64,000 bases of DNA from Gnetum montanum (taxonomy: Eukaryota; Plantae; Gnetophyta). Shown here piece after piece: positions 25,680 through 40,394 of this stretch. The position numbers and the translations under genes are program-made. Position 1 is the first letter of the stretch, and every line of letters starts with the position of its first letter. The stretch lies in assembly GCA_015680685.1 (NCBI GenBank), contig MNCI01002498.1, positions 416,744-480,743 on the forward strand. The letters run 5' to 3'. Under the pieces are notes generated by a model, which saw nothing but the letters and a program-made list of their open reading frames with translations, was not told where the DNA came from and made no database searches.

Positions 25680-28600
25680 CTTTCCTTTAGACATTGGAAG
25701 ACATTTTCACATTCCATGCTCCACAAGAACAGAACATCTTTCTTTGAGAGCTCAAATAAAGGCCTGCCTATTTTAGAATAATCCTTAATGAATCTACAAT
25801 AATAGCCAATGTGGTCAAGAAAAGATCGCACCTCTTTGACCATCGTGGGAATCTGCATCATATTTTCGATGGTGCAGATCTTGTCAAGATGTACTTTAAT
25901 CCCCTCCTTAGAAACTTTGTAGTTGAGAACAATGTTGTCAATCACCATTAACTGGTTTTTCTTCCAATTTAGATTTAAATTCACCAAGCAATAGCAACGT
26001 AGAACAACTTCAAGCTAATTCAAGACCTCACAAAATGTTTTGCCATGTGTAGAAAAGTCATCCATAAGGACTTCCACACTCTTGCCAATGTAAGCTTGGA
26101 ACACAGATATAACCAACTACTAGAATGTGGTCGGTGCATTGTATAACCCAAAGGGTATGCACTTGAAGGCAAAGGTTTCCCATGGACAGATGATGGTAGT
26201 TTCTACTTGATCTTCTGGTGCAATGTTGATCTAATTGATCCAGAGTATTCATCAAGAAAGCTATAATACTCCTAGCCAAAGATGTTATCCAATACCTGCT
26301 TCACCAATGGCAATGGGAAATGGTCCTTAAAGATGGCAACGTTCAGCAACTTCTAGTCAACACAAACTCTCCATTCGTTGCCTTTCTTTGGTGCAACTAT
26401 AATTGGACTAACCCACTAATTGTCAAAAATGGATGTAATAAAACCAACCCGTAAGAGATGGATGATTTCATTTTTCACCACATCCTGCATATTAGGATTG
26501 AGTCTTCGTTGAAGTATCCACTAAGGTCTAATGCTTGGATCTATGTATATGTGGTGCTAACAGATAGAGGAGTTGATTCCCATGAGTTTATCATGGGACC
26601 AAGTGAAGTCTTTCTCCACTTCACAACTACCCTTTCGAGCTCAATCTTTTGGATAGTCATCAAAGTGGAATTTATGATAATAGCACAACCATCAATGAGG
26701 AATAAGTACTCCAAGCCCTCTAAGAGTGGCTTGAGCTCTAGCAATGGTGTAGGAACATTCTACGACCAATCAAGGTTGCCCCAAAATTCAGGATCATACT
26801 GCACTACTAGTAGCCTCCATTGTGTTCTTTGCTTCCAAATCAAATCATTTGGCATCACATAAGGCAAGGGAATCAATTGGTCTTTCTAAGACCTAATTCA
26901 TAGCTTCGTGAACTAGACGTTCTTCAAGGCACTTAACATCTCTAATGACACAGAGATATTCTGTGACACAACAGTTGCAACCATGTTTGCTACATGACTA
27001 GGAAGGATCACATGAAGTCCATTTGTAATGTCTTCCCAATTGCATATTTCCTACCAATTTCAAGGTTAAGGCCCTGGAAAACTAACCTAGCATCAATGGT
27101 GCTCAACTAAGCCCTTCCCATGATGATAGGGAAGCTATCTCCCACCTTGTTCTCTAGTTTGATCAGTTTGCAAGGTACTACCATTCCACCATTGTTATCG
27201 TTACATCATTTACGTGTCCCACAAGGTATGTGTAGGATTGGTTTGCCAACTCTAGCCAAATGTTAGTACTCTTGAGAGGAGGAAGTTCCCAATCAAGATA
27301 CTACTACAATGAAATGATGCTAAATCCCAAAACAAATTCGCAAAGAGCTAGGCAATGACCTTTTTCACCAATTTGAATTTCCACCATGGGACTATTGGAA
27401 TCTAATTTCTTTTCAAGCAAATGACCACCTCTTACTACCCATGTGGCTACCTTGGACATGGTAATGGTAATGACACCACTGCCATCAGGTGCTACCATGT
27501 TAGATTTACTAGACATTGTTGAAGAACTTCTCCTTGAAGTGGATGTTTCATTTTTGCAGCGTTCAAGGAATGGTACCTAGACCTCCTTAATATGGACTCC
27601 CATCCTACTTGTATTGCTATCCTCTCCAAAGGACAAAGAGGATGGAGTGAACCTAGTTCCACGGTGCTCACCTCTATGCTTGTGATAGAATTTTCTGCCA
27701 CGGAACCCCAAATTACCCCCGCAACCAAATCAACAAGGGTTTGGTAATATTGCCTAGTTGCATACATGGAAACAAGATCAGCATAATAGGCAATATCACA
27801 AAATTTGATTTGCTCCAATTGCAGTTGACTGGGTATCCCACCTTGCATGGGACTAGGAAGTAGAAGCTATTGGTACTATTCAAGAGTTTGTAGGGCAAGA
27901 TTGCTTGATATAGGTAGGAATTGTCAAGTTGTCATCTGTGGAAGTAAATAAGTACTTGCCTGGGCCTTGAAAGTAGGGGTTGTCTAAAAGTGTCACCTAT
28001 TGTTACATCAAAGTAGGAAGATTTGGAGTTTGCCACTACTGAAACTATTGTGTGGGCTGCATATATGCACCTCTACTATAGTATGATCAGCCAAGGTATA
28101 GAGTCCTTGTTTGCTTTTTAAGGAACTTGGGATTTAGAGGCATCCTAGCTCCATCCCATTTCACCAATCATATGAGCCATGACTAGGCAGCACTACAAGT
28201 GATGAGGATCTACGCAATATTCACATGGGATCCTCATCACTAGACGATGAGAAAGCCTTATCTAGATCTTCTTTGATGCTCTTAGAATGTGAAAGCTTCC
28301 CCTTGCCCTTACCATCACACTTCTTTCTATGCTCATGTAGTTCAATTGCTTTCGTTGCTACTTCAGCCACCCTACCCTCAATGTCCTTAAGGGTACCGAT
28401 CATCTTGTCATCCATCACTTTCCATACCTGGTCCTTCTTGTGGATCAAGTCTATCAAGGCCTTTTTGATTATAACCCGGTCTTGTGCCAAGACCTCAACT
28501 ACAGTGGGAGGTTTAGATGTACCTCAATGTTCTTCACCTCCCTTCTATGCATAGAATCATGATTGTACTCCTCAACTAATTCTTGATTCCACCATTCACC

Positions 28601-29810
28601 TTCCATGCTTGCAATGGTGTCAAGAAGCACTTTGATTTGGGCCACAAAATTTTTGTGTATCTAGCCCATCATATATCCACATGCTCCTTTGTTTCCTGCC
28701 TTAGGCCTTTCACAATATGCATCAGCTGTTCTCTTTAGCTAAAGTTGTGGTTCAAACAATGGTGAGCAGTTTTCAGGTACCTCTCCATGGCAATGTGTAG
28801 TGATTCACATGCTCCATACCTCCATTCGGCCATCTCCTTCTAGATGTTTGAATGCAAGCATAGGTCTGAAATTTGGCATTGAAGATTCAGACATGTCTGT
28901 CCATCTTTGAATTAATTTGGGGAGCAAGGACTTGTACCAAGTTTCCACGTGCTCGATGAAGGTGTGGGGAAACACTCGCAACTTCTGCCAATCATTGATA
29001 ATGCCCTATAGGTAGCAACCATTGTCAAATGCCTACAAGTGGAGTTAGGAATCATCGTTGGTAAACCCTTTGTATGTTGGGACATTGGTCATGTTGATCC
29101 ATTTAATATAGTTATCATGAACATGCTCCTGTAGAATATGGACAACTTCATTAGTTCATGATAATCACCCCAATCAAACAAAGGGGCATCATCATCGCCA
29201 GATAGTTCGACAAGTGCAAATACCAGAACTAGGGAGGAGATCATCAGCATGGGTTCTAGCTGCATTGTGATAAGTGGTTCCTAACCATGGGCCATCGTAT
29301 CTGCTTTATCATCCTCCTCTTCATCTGAATGGTCAAATGCAAAGCTACAGCAAGCATCCTCTTCCACCATTTGGTCTCAAAGCTCTTGCCTCGAATGAGA
29401 TTTGTAATCGTTGTACTTTATCTCTAAAGCCACATAAAATGCATAATTATCTTCTAGCCAAATATGATCAAGGCCTCTTTGAGATCATGTGTTGCAACCT
29501 CCGTTGTTTTCTTAAAGAACTGTCCATGAGCATCATACCACCTCCCTTGCTTATCTAGATGATAGGTCAAGACAATTGGTGGTAGGCTCACATCCTCCAA
29601 GTGTTCAAATATGATAGATGCCCTCTTTCGTTTTATCATATTTCCTCTACCAAAGGTCTTTGGTGGGCCTTTAGCATTATCTACCATCTCATTCTCGTTC
29701 AAATTCTACACAATGGTAAGAAACACACTTGATTTGAATAAATGTTAAGATCAAAAATGTACAAGCATTTCCAAGCAATTCATCAACACCTTCCCCAACA
29801 ACCACACCAA

Positions 29811-30386
29811 TGATAGAGGTTGCACCAATTTTGATCAATGGGATTTATCACACAAAACACAGTGTGATCCAATCATAAGCTTTGTAGATGATGTTAAGTA
29901 GATTACCAAGAACACTTGTGTATATCGTTGCATTCAATAAATATAAAAGAGATTATAATACATATCATACAATGAAAAAGCCTATGTTGTGACAGTAGGG
30001 AATAGAGAAAGTATTTATGATTTTATATTTTATAATTTTTATGGATTTCATAATCATAATTATAAGAAACAAACCAACAATAAACACTCATACATCCCCA
30101 TCCCCTATGGGGATAGGCGCAATGCTCATGTCACAATTCCTTATGGGATAGGTGCAACACTACACATGAAAAGCAATAAATGGCTTTTAATCACAACCTC
30201 AATGGCCTCACACCATGTCGTACAATTATGACCTCCTTGGATAAGGGAGAATCATCAAAGCACAATGAAACAAAAATTAAATAAATATTTTTGTTGTTTT
30301 AATGTTTAAGGCATCAACAGTGAAATAAGGAAAAACTATGAGCTTTATTCACTGTGCAAACACTAGACTCTACATCAACCAAACAA
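29811..30386 (-). repeat. Truncated 5' LTR of the gypsy element
   Basis: Adjacent to the PBS and homologous to the left LTR. Cut off at 30387 by a copia LTR. Confidence 0.82.
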
Positions 30387-30652
30387 TGTTGGAAAGATCG
30401 AGTAAATTCTTGATTTTGTGGACCAAGTAAATTCCTGATTTTCTAGGATTAATTGCAGTTTTTGTGGAGTTTGTTTTCCCTGATTTGTAGCTTCCATTTT
30501 TATCGTTTCTAATTTCTAGTAGATTGGATTTCTTTTTTAGTTTGTTTCCTGAAATACGGAATAAGGTCGATAAATCCTTGTATGCAATCTTTCATAAACT
30601 TCAATAAAGAGAACTATCTCATTTCATCTCTTTGTTCATGGTATCAAAGCCA
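30387..30652 (+). mobile_element. Copia-type 5' LTR plus PBS; the rest of the element is missing
   Basis: TGTTGG...TGTTCA (30387-30638) followed directly by the tRNA-iMet PBS TGGTATCAAAGCCA. Confidence 0.78.
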
Positions 30653-32242
30653 AGTTAAATGGTAAGGAAAGAGTTTAGATCAATTCATTATGGAGATCAA
30701 AATACCAAATTCTTTTTCACTGCTGCCAAAGCCAACAAAAATCTTTTTCACTACAACCAAAGCCAACAAAAATCCAGGCAAATTCACAAGTTGCAAGTTG
30801 AAGGGGAGCTTACTTCAAACCGGGCTAACATTGCTAAAGTCGTGGAGAACTATTGGAAGGATATTTGGTCCAAGGGAACTACCTCCCCCATCTCTATTCC
30901 TATCAAAAGGATCCTAGAACAAGAGGATAACTTGAGGCTCCTAACACCCATCTCTAAGAACAACATTGTAGCAGCTATTTTCACCATGAAAAGCGGGAGA
31001 GCACTAGGACTAGACAAATGGCCTATTGAACACTTCAAAGAATTTTTTGACATCATTGTCAATAAATTTGTAGATTCTTTCAACCTTATGCTAAACTGGG
31101 GGCAAGTTTAAAAAGAGATGAATTGGTCCAGGATTGTGTTGATCCATAAGACCCCATGCTCCCTTCAAATTGCTAACCTATCGGAGTTTGCAGTGGGCCT
31201 TTTCCAAGATTATGGTCTATAGAATGGAACCGTTGAAGCCTAGTTTAGTGGGCATGCATTAAGCCAACTTCATCAAACGCCATTACATTCAAGATCAAAT
31301 CATCTCCTCCAAGAGTTGATGCATTGTGCCAATTCAGCAAAATTCCCTAGTATGTTTCTCAAACTACACACAACCAAGGCCTAGGATTCTATTACCTCGT
31401 CTTCTCTTCATGATATTATGATCAAGAAATTATTTCACAATAAGTTTGTTTAGCTTCACTTGCAAATGCAAAAATTGAGAGCTCTCTCTTTTGAAATGAA
31501 TGGCCAAATCAAGGGATTTTCTTCCCCTCAACGAGGCATTAGATAGGGAGATCCATTTTCTCCATATTTCTTTATTCTTGCTATGGATACCATTAATGAT
31601 TACTGCATGTTAGAAAGGGTCCAAGGGATGCAAACTGGGGGCTTTAGTTGCATTGCCCACGACTACACTAATGACACTATTATCACTACCAAGGCCACTA
31701 TCCTAAAAGCTATGGCTATCAAGAAAGCATTGGATTACATGGGAAGAAACTGGGACTCTACATTAATCAGACAAAATCTAGAACCCGCTTTGTTTACATA
31801 GAAGGGACAATGAAAGGGAGGATTTGTCAGCTTCTAGGAATTCAAATTGGCTCATTGCAAGATTCATATCTATGGATTCCTATCTTTGCCTAGAGAAGAA
31901 ATTCAATAGGGTCCAAGTCACTACAAAAAATACAAAATAGATAGAACACTAGACCTCTAACTTCCTTACAAGTAAGGGGAAAATCTTCTTGGCCTCATTG
32001 ATGCTTGCAACCATCACTAGGTATCTCACCTCTATTTGATCTCTCCCCAAACAAGTCATTCATAGGGTCAATAGTCTCATCAGAAGCTTCATCTAGTCCA
32101 ACGTAAAAGGGGTTCCAAGATTCATTTGGTTTATTGAGAAAAAGTAGATAAACCAAGAAAGCCCAACAATGTAGGGGTGCCTAGTTTTGAAGATTGCATC
32201 GTGAGGAGGCATCACTCCTTGCTCAATAGATTCAACAATAAC

Positions 32243-32529
32243 TATGGAAATCCACATCAATTTTTAAGGGTTGTTTACAGCTGTAATTCTTAGTGGTAGT
32301 TTCCTACTTTAATGGGATTTGTTGTCATCCCAAATCCAGCTTTTTTTGGCAAATTTCCTGATTTTATGGTTCCTAATTTTATTGTGATTTGTTTTTCCCC
32401 ATAATCAGGGATTTCTGATTATTCCTTCTAAAAATAGTATCCATATTCATGTATAAAAAGGGCGCATTGTAACACTCAAAAATCAAGGAGAATAAAAATT
32501 TAGTTTCTCTACTTTTCTAAATAACTACA
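32243..32529 (+). repeat. Copia 5' LTR
   Basis: Starts TA (mutated TG) and ends CA. Highly similar to 46978-47263. Confidence 0.92.
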
Positions 32530-34407
32530 TGGTATCAGAGCATTTCCTGAGCAATTCTGTCCTCAACCATTTGGTCCTCTCCTATTTAGCTCTCTTCCGT
32601 TCATCTCACTCTCTTCTCCTTCAGCGATGGTGAATTTTTCCTTCTCACCGACGGGCATCAGACCTGTGCTCATCACCAACGACGTTGAATTTTCTTTCCC
32701 TCTCTCTTCCAGCGAAAGCAGACATTGGCTCTCATTCTCCTATCACAGCGATTCATTTCTCTCCATGTTATATCCCTGTCCGTCCTCATGGCTACATCCA
32801 CAACAGCATCAAATGTCATCTCCGCTCCTAATAGCAACCCAATTCTGAGCACTAGTGGTGGTTCAGAAAATTATGCTATCCTCATAACAGGCCACAAGCT
32901 GAATGGACAGAATTATCTTCAATGGTCCCATTCAGTTATGATGTTCGTGTGTGACAAGGGCAAAGACAACTAGCTCACTGGAGTAGCTACTCAACCAGCA
33001 AAGGAAGATCCAGAGTACCAGAGTTGGAAGGTTGAAAATAACATGGTTATGTCTTGGTTGATCAACTTGATGACAAACGACATCGAAGAAGATTTCATGC
33101 TCTATGAAACAACCCAAGAGATCTAGGAGGCTGCAAGAGAAACCTACTCCGATAAAGAAGACACCATAGAGGCATTTGAGATAGAAGGGATTCTTCATGA
33201 CTTACGCCAAGGAGACTTGTCTGTTACTCAATATTTCAATCGATTAAATCAATATTGACAACAATTAGATCTATATGAGACCACAAAATGGGATTATCCA
33301 AATGATGCCAACAAGTATAAAAAGATCGTTGAAAAGAAACAAATCTACAAGTTTCTTCTAGGTTTAAACAAAAACCTAAACGAAGTTCGTGGGTGTGTTT
33401 TAGTAATCAAACCACTACCAAGTCTCCGTAAGGTTGCCTATGAAGTACAACAAGAAGAAAGCAAGAAGAAAGCTATGCTCCATTCGAACCATCCAACCAA
33501 CGAAGGTTCGGCTTTAGCCGCACAAGGTTCCAGTTCCCAAACGAAAAAGGGTGGCCCTAGTGCAATCACTGTCAGAAGCTTGGTCATACTAGAGAAACTT
33601 GCTGGCAAATCCACAAGAAACCTGCTGATTGGAAACCATCACACTCCCGATCTAAGAAAGAAAGCAAGGGTAATAGTGTAGCAACAAAAGAAAGACCTTC
33701 CTCTCCTTCAAAATCATCAAGACACCCCTTCAATAAGGAACAAACTGAAGTACTGCAAAAGTTGTTCACTCAGCAAATGCCTGACACTTCTAATTCAGTC
33801 ATAGGGATTGGTTCAATGGCTCAAAAAGGTAACTTTTTCACTACTCTAAAGGTTTAAAAGGATGATAAGTTAAGCACTTGGACTGTTGACTCCGGAGCAT
33901 CAAACCACATGACTGGAGATTCTACAATTCTTCAAGACTACACACCATGCACTAAGAACCATACTACTCATATTGTCGATGGTTCTCTATCTAAGGTGTC
34001 TAGTACAGGTTCTATTGTATTACCTAGGGGGTTAACCCTCAAATCTGTGCTCCTTGTCCCTAACCTAACTTGCAATTTATTATCCATTAGTAAACTCACT
34101 CAAGATACGAATTGTGTTGCTAAATTTCTTCCCAATCATTGTTGTTTTCAAGATTTGACTTCGGGACAAATGATTGGCAATGCTGAGGTGTGTGCGGGAC
34201 TCTATATCTTCAAAGAAGGCAACCAACTTAAGAGACAATCTCCACATACAATCAGTGAGAAACAATCTTTTTCTGTATTTAAATCAAATAAGGAAAATGA
34301 AATTCTACTATGGCATTATAGACTAGGTCATCCTAGTTTTTTGTATCTCAAAAGACTCTTTCCATCACTATTCAATAAAAATTCAAATGTTCTTCATTGT
34401 GAAATTT

Positions 34408-37400
34408 CTTAGCTACTTTTTCAGTTTAGTAATTAGACCCTGCATGAACAAAACTAAGAAATCAAGATAGACAAAAAATTTTGAAATGTCGAAAGCGGGA
34501 GAGGGAGCACGCATAGGCACAGGAGAGGGAGCGCACATGGGCACGGGAAAGGGAGCATGCACAAGAGCGGGGACAAGCGGCAGCGCAGACGCAAGGGCGA
34601 ACATGGGCCACAAGGCTAGAGTTGGAGGGAAAGTAGGTGTGGGAGCTGGTGCATGTACGGGATCGAGAGTGGGCTCTAGAACGCAAGGAGGATCTGGACA
34701 CAATGGGAAGTCCCACCCTTCGGATGGCAGGGGGCCAAGGCCTGACAAGCCGTTTCCAACGCATGTGTAGGAAGGGACCAGGGATTTCGTGGCCTACTCC
34801 CAAGATGGGGCCACTATGCATCTTAAGGTGGGCCACCATCCTGAGGGCACTTTGCAAAGGTTGGAACGAAGCCTACTCGAGAAGTTTGTGTCTGAAAGAG
34901 GGCGGCCCAGGATGGATCTTATACGGAGATGGGTTAACGCTATCTGGGGGCTGGACAATGTCTATGTGGAGCCTGACAGAGAAGCAACTACTCTTCAACT
35001 TCCAAATGGCAAAGGAGCAAGAAAGGATCCTTGTGGAGGGGCCATGATTCTATAGGGCCCGGGGACTGGCCCTTGCTCCCTGGCGCCCCAGAGCACACCG
35101 GGATGCAGGGCTTTTCGAGCGCGCTCCAGTGTGGGTGAGGCTCCATGACCTGCCATTGGAATATTGGTCTCCTAAATTCTTGAAATCGTTGGCCGAATTG
35201 TTTGACGAATTTATCAAGTTTGACGCCTTCACAGCATCCATGGATCAAATGGGATATGCACGCTTCTGTGTGTGGCAATCCTTAAGGTCGAAGGACAAGA
35301 TCAACTAGCTCATCTTAGACACTGAAACAAGCGAGAAGGCCTATGTGCAGTTTGAGAACAAGTCAACAGCACCAAAGGAAGTTGCAGGCCCAAGATGTTC
35401 AAAGCCGGACTGTAGGGTCACACAACCAGAGTCACAGTAGGGGTGGAATTTGGTGGGCCGTAAGGGCCATACCATAAAGAAAGGGCCTTCGGTGCTTGGG
35501 GGTGGTGGCTCTTCAGTTGTGCATCAAGCGTAAAGGAGCAGGCCGGCCAAGGATGAGGTCTTGGTCACACAGGATACAGAGAGGGGTGAGGGGTGCTCAC
35601 AAACCAAGGACGCATAGATGGAGCTCCCAAGCCCGACTAAGCATGGCAATGGAGATACGGGATCACTGCATACCCCTTCGATGAAGAAAAAGGAGCTGTT
35701 GGGAGGACATGGACCAGAGTTACCCCTACTAGGGGAATGGATCACACTTGGCAAAGGGTCAACCAAGCCAAAAATGAAAGACATCTTGGGCCCAAAGGGG
35801 GCCAACGTGCAGGGCGCCAAAGTCGTCTAGCCCATCCCTAAGGTTGGGCACCTGAATGCTGCCAGTATGAGAAAAAAGTCTACGCAGCTAGACCTGGATT
35901 TGGGAGTGTAGCGCACACTCCAGGAGGTGTATCACAAGCGTTTGTCTATCCCCGTGAAGATTTTTTCCTAGAATTGCCGAGGACTAGGTAGCCCATATAA
36001 AAGAAACACCCTCAAAAGGATTATGCAGGAGGAAGGCTGCGACATGGTCTACCTCCAAGAGACCAAGCTGCAACTTTCAGAGAAGCAGCTATTACAGTGG
36101 GGGAAGGCTACCACCTACACATGGTGCCTAGTAGAGGGAGAGTGGGAGGACTGGTGGTCCTGACCAAGGATGCTGTGGAGTTGGTGGATGTGTCTAACTA
36201 GAGCCTTATGGTGCACATACCACAGACGGGTATCTGGGTCACCAACATTTACGGTGCACAAAGTTGGGAGGCTCGCATTCAGGAGTTCAAGCACATGGTG
36301 GCCATTGTTGACAACACAACAAAGTGGGTAATGATCGGGGATTTCAACCAAAGGATGTTTTGCTAGGAAAAGTCTGGGGGAGACTGCTCGAACCCTCTGA
36401 GCACTGCGGACTGCACAGCATTCATACACGAATATGACCTAGTTGATCTGGAAATCATAGGATGTAGATACACATGGAGCAACAATAGACGGGGGCCAAA
36501 CTAGGTCCATTCAAGGATTGACAGGGTTTGGGTTAGTTACAACCTCATGATGGAATTTGATATCTAGGCTGAAAGCCAGGAAAGACAGGCCTTGGATCAC
36601 AGGGCTATCATTTGCAGGATCCAAACCATGGTGGATAAAGCTCCCCAGCCATTTTAGTTTGAACGAACCTGGCTCAACAAACCATGGCTGAGAAATTTGG
36701 TGCACAATACATGGCAAAAAAACACCAATGCACAAGAGCCCAAAGAATTCCTCAAGAGAGGGGCTAAGATCAATTCAAGAACATAGCAGCCAACAACAAA
36801 TACAATTTCAAAGGCTACCGATCACAAGTGCAAAAACAGCTATGGGAAATATAGCAACAATAGGAGGGGGCAGATGTTGACCAAGAAGAACAGGCTCTCC
36901 TTACAGAGCTCCAAGAATTATACAGGGAGGAAGAAGCCTACTAGAAACAGAGATCGTGGGTAACGTGGTTAAGGGAGGGAGATCGGCACACCAAATTTTT
37001 CTTTGCTACTGCGAAAGCACACCGAGCCACCAAGAGCATGTTGCAACACCTATTGTAGTGTTTAGATCCTGGAGAGCGGCCGAGCACGAGGCAAGGGCTT
37101 GTTCAACTATAGACATATTGGGAGGATATATGGCGATGGCAGCGCACTAAGCCCATCTCGGTTCTAGTGCCTTGCATCTTAACTCCTACTGAGAACCAGC
37201 AACTACTCAGGCCGTTTTTGAGGGCAGAACTTCATACGGCCATGAAAGCCATGCCTACAAACAAAGCCCAGGGTCTAGATGGATGGCCCATCGAATTCTT
37301 TCGGGAGTTTGAGGAGCTCTTGGAAGAAAACTTGCTAGATGCCTTCAATAGCATGCTCACCTGGCAACAAGTGAGAAAGGAGATTAACTGCTCCCAAGTG

Positions 37401-40394
37401 GTCCTCCTACCAAAAGTCCCAAACCCAACATCTCCTGGGCACTTCGAGCCCATTGGAGTGTGCAACACACTCCTCTAGATCTTTTCATGGATGCTAGTTA
37501 ATCGAGTGGCCCCCCTCATGACTAGGCTGATCATTGAGCATTAAGCCGGGTTTGTCAAGGAGCAATTACTGCAAGACCAGGTCCTGCTACTACAGGAGAT
37601 TATGCATTCACTTCAGAAAACTTAGTTCCCCGGATTGTGTATCAAGCTTGATATTACTAAGGTGTACGACTTGGTCAGTTGGGCTAAGCTCCGCACGATC
37701 ATGCTTGCGAAGCAATTCGATGCCAAATTTGTCAACTTGTGCATCCAAATCCAATGGGACAATAGATACTCCTTGGACATTAATGGGTGGTTGTGGGGTT
37801 TCCACGGCATTGGGAGAGGCCTACAGCATGGAGATCCATTATCGCCTCTGTTATTCCTATTGGTAATGGACCTTCTCAAGTCCTACTGCATGGCGGAAGG
37901 GGTGCAAGGGTTGGACATCAACGGGGTGCATTGCTTGGACGTCCACTTTGTTGATGATACGCTGGTGGTTACCCAGGCAGCAATGCCTCAGGTAGAGGCC
38001 TTGTTGAGGGTGTTGGACCAATTGCGAAGGGAGGTGGGCCTCACAATTAACACTACAAAATCTGCCATATACATGGTGCACACCGTGAACACGGTGGAAG
38101 CAAAAATTATTCAGACATTGGGTATCTTGCTAGGGCATGCTGAGGATAAGTATCTGGACATGCCCATTTTTCACTGGCAGCGAAATAAGGCTTGGCAGGG
38201 GTTGCTGGAACAGCTCCAGACAAAGACTTCCCACAGGATCAACCGCTTCCTCTCGCGCAAGGGGAAGATGATCTTGGCGTCTACAATCTTAATGGCCATG
38301 GCCCAGTTCACTGCCTCCATGGCCAAGCTACTAATGGGAGTGATACAAAAAGTTGATGGCATCATCTGCAATTTTGTATGGTCGGGGGAAAAAGGGGACA
38401 AAAGAATGCACTTGGTGTCATGGGACATGACAACTCAGCCTCAATCGATGGGTGGGATCGGCCTCTTAAAGTTTAATGATGAGATTGAGCTAGGGCTGCA
38501 ATAGCTTCTTTGCAAATTCTTGAACCAAGTGAAAACTCAAGTGCTGTGGGTGCAACTACTTAACAAAAAATATCGTTGTTGGGAGACAAGCGTAGGCAAC
38601 TCTCACCTATGGCAAAACCTGTGCCAACACATTTGCAAGATAGAACTGCTAGGGTTGCTCGATCAACACCCTCAAGAAATCATTAAACATCAATACCCAT
38701 CTGCTCCCGCCTAGGGGAAACTTTGGAAGGGTCGCCTTCAAAGTCAAGACGTTCAGGTGGCTAATTATGCACCATGCGCTCCCAGCACATGCCACGTTAC
38801 ACGAACGTGGGTTGCATGTGGAGCCCACCTATCCCTTGTGTCTTATAGACACAAAAACACTACACCACCTTATATATAGATGCCTCTTCACTACAGCTGT
38901 TTGGCACACTGCCCATCTTCCATTGTTTGCCTGCCACGGGGACTCTCCCACTATGGTGGCTTTGTGGGTGTTGTGGAAGCACCAAAACTCACTGATATTC
39001 AGTGGCATTCAGTGGCATGGAGCTACCGTCACTGAGGATGGTGGCCAGGGGCATTTAGCAGTTCTGGACTAAGGCTTTTGTGGCTATAGGACAACGACTC
39101 CTTTTCAAGCCCTTAGTCACAAAATTCAAGGAACACGCTGAGTTATGGCCTCTAGTTTAGCAGATGGGCTGGGACAACATGTTACAAAGCCTGGAAGGGG
39201 TACAAGGATTACCCACAACATAGTTTTATGACAATTGGCAAGGCAATGTAACTACATTTCAGGGCAAGCGAATCACTATTTCAGTGCCTATGCTGGCGGA
39301 TGTGTTGGGTATCGAGGTTGAGGGGATGGTTATTGTGTCAGTTGTACATGCGTAATCGGACATAGCCGAATTCTTCCAAGGGGACATCCCTAGGATGAAC
39401 AATGGGCACATTCGGAGACTAGTGTTACAAGGGGTGCAGAGGGAAGCTGTTGTCTTGGTTGAACGATATTTCATCCAGTCCGAATATTCCCACAAACTGG
39501 TGGGAGTCCACTTCGCATTTCTGAAGCACATCAGGCACAAGACGCCCATTAACATCCCTCAATTTTTCTAGGATTCTCTGCAGCGTTGATGACCTAGGAG
39601 ACACCCAGGGGTTAGCATGGCACTCTGGCTTGTAGGAATGTCGATTCTGTCCCTACAACCCATGCTCGTTTACTCCAGATGGCGAGGTAAGTAGCAAGCG
39701 ACCTAGACGGGATCCCAGGGGAGGGAACACGCAGCGAGGACAACGACAACATGCATAGGAGAGACACAGAACCAGGAGCTCAATACAAAGGAGACACCCC
39801 TGCAACAAGGGGATGGATGGGACATCACCGTGGAATGCAGTAAAGCAGCAGAACAAGCTAGGTAGGAAGAAAGGGAGTGGTGGCAAAAGCAATGGGAAAA
39901 TATGCAACAAGAGACCACACTCATGTAGATATAGACACTAAGATGGATGGAAAGCATCATCTCGGAACACAAGACTGGCCTTGCACAACTCATTCAAGAA
40001 AAACGGCAACACTTAGCGCTTAGCACTGGCACCTCCGAAGCTAGAACCGAGGTTGACATCAGCCCACATTTGCAAATCACAAAGGAGTATATGGGATTGA
40101 CATAGGGGTAGAATCCATATATAGAACAGAATGGGAAGGACAGCATGATGTGAGCTGTGTTGGCCAAGGACTCAGGGACGACTTGGTGGGCAAGGACTCG
40201 CGAAAAGGGGACTTGTAAATAATTTGCAAGTGTGGGCTAGCCTTGCCCTTGGGAGGGGGCATTATTAGAAAATAGAACAGCACAGGGTTTTGTGGCGGTG
40301 CAATCCGCCGAGCATGGGGTAGCAGCCCTAACCCAGGCTATACTCATGTACAGCTCTTTTTTGGAATTAATAACACTTGATTTTATTCAAAAAA
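34408..40394 (+). mobile_element. LINE D: full-length decayed L1-clade element with PMD-like domain but no recognisable J-domain
   Basis: TSD AAATTT (34402-34407 and 40395-40400) splits copia HCEI|CQLSK. ORF1 from ATG 34486 (Gly-rich N-terminus, DUF4283); APE from about 35954; RT GLQHGDPLSPLLF and HFVDD; zf-RVT; PMD-like 39090-39620; A-tail. Confidence 0.9.

Larger units (their letters stand above)
12708..30386 (-). mobile_element. Decayed Ty3/gypsy (Athila-like) LTR retrotransposon
   Basis: Homologous LTRs start TGATAG at 12708 and 29811. Degenerate tRNA-Asp-type PBS TGGTGTGGTTGTTGGGGA at about 29792-29809. PPT GATTTGGGGG abuts the LTR at 20370. Gag about 28200-29700; protease about 27000-27400; RT 25680-26500 (VRSFLDHIGYYCRFIKDYSKI); RNase H about 24400-24810; integrase 23200-24200 (HGMCGGHYS); long 3' region. 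Confidence 0.85.
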
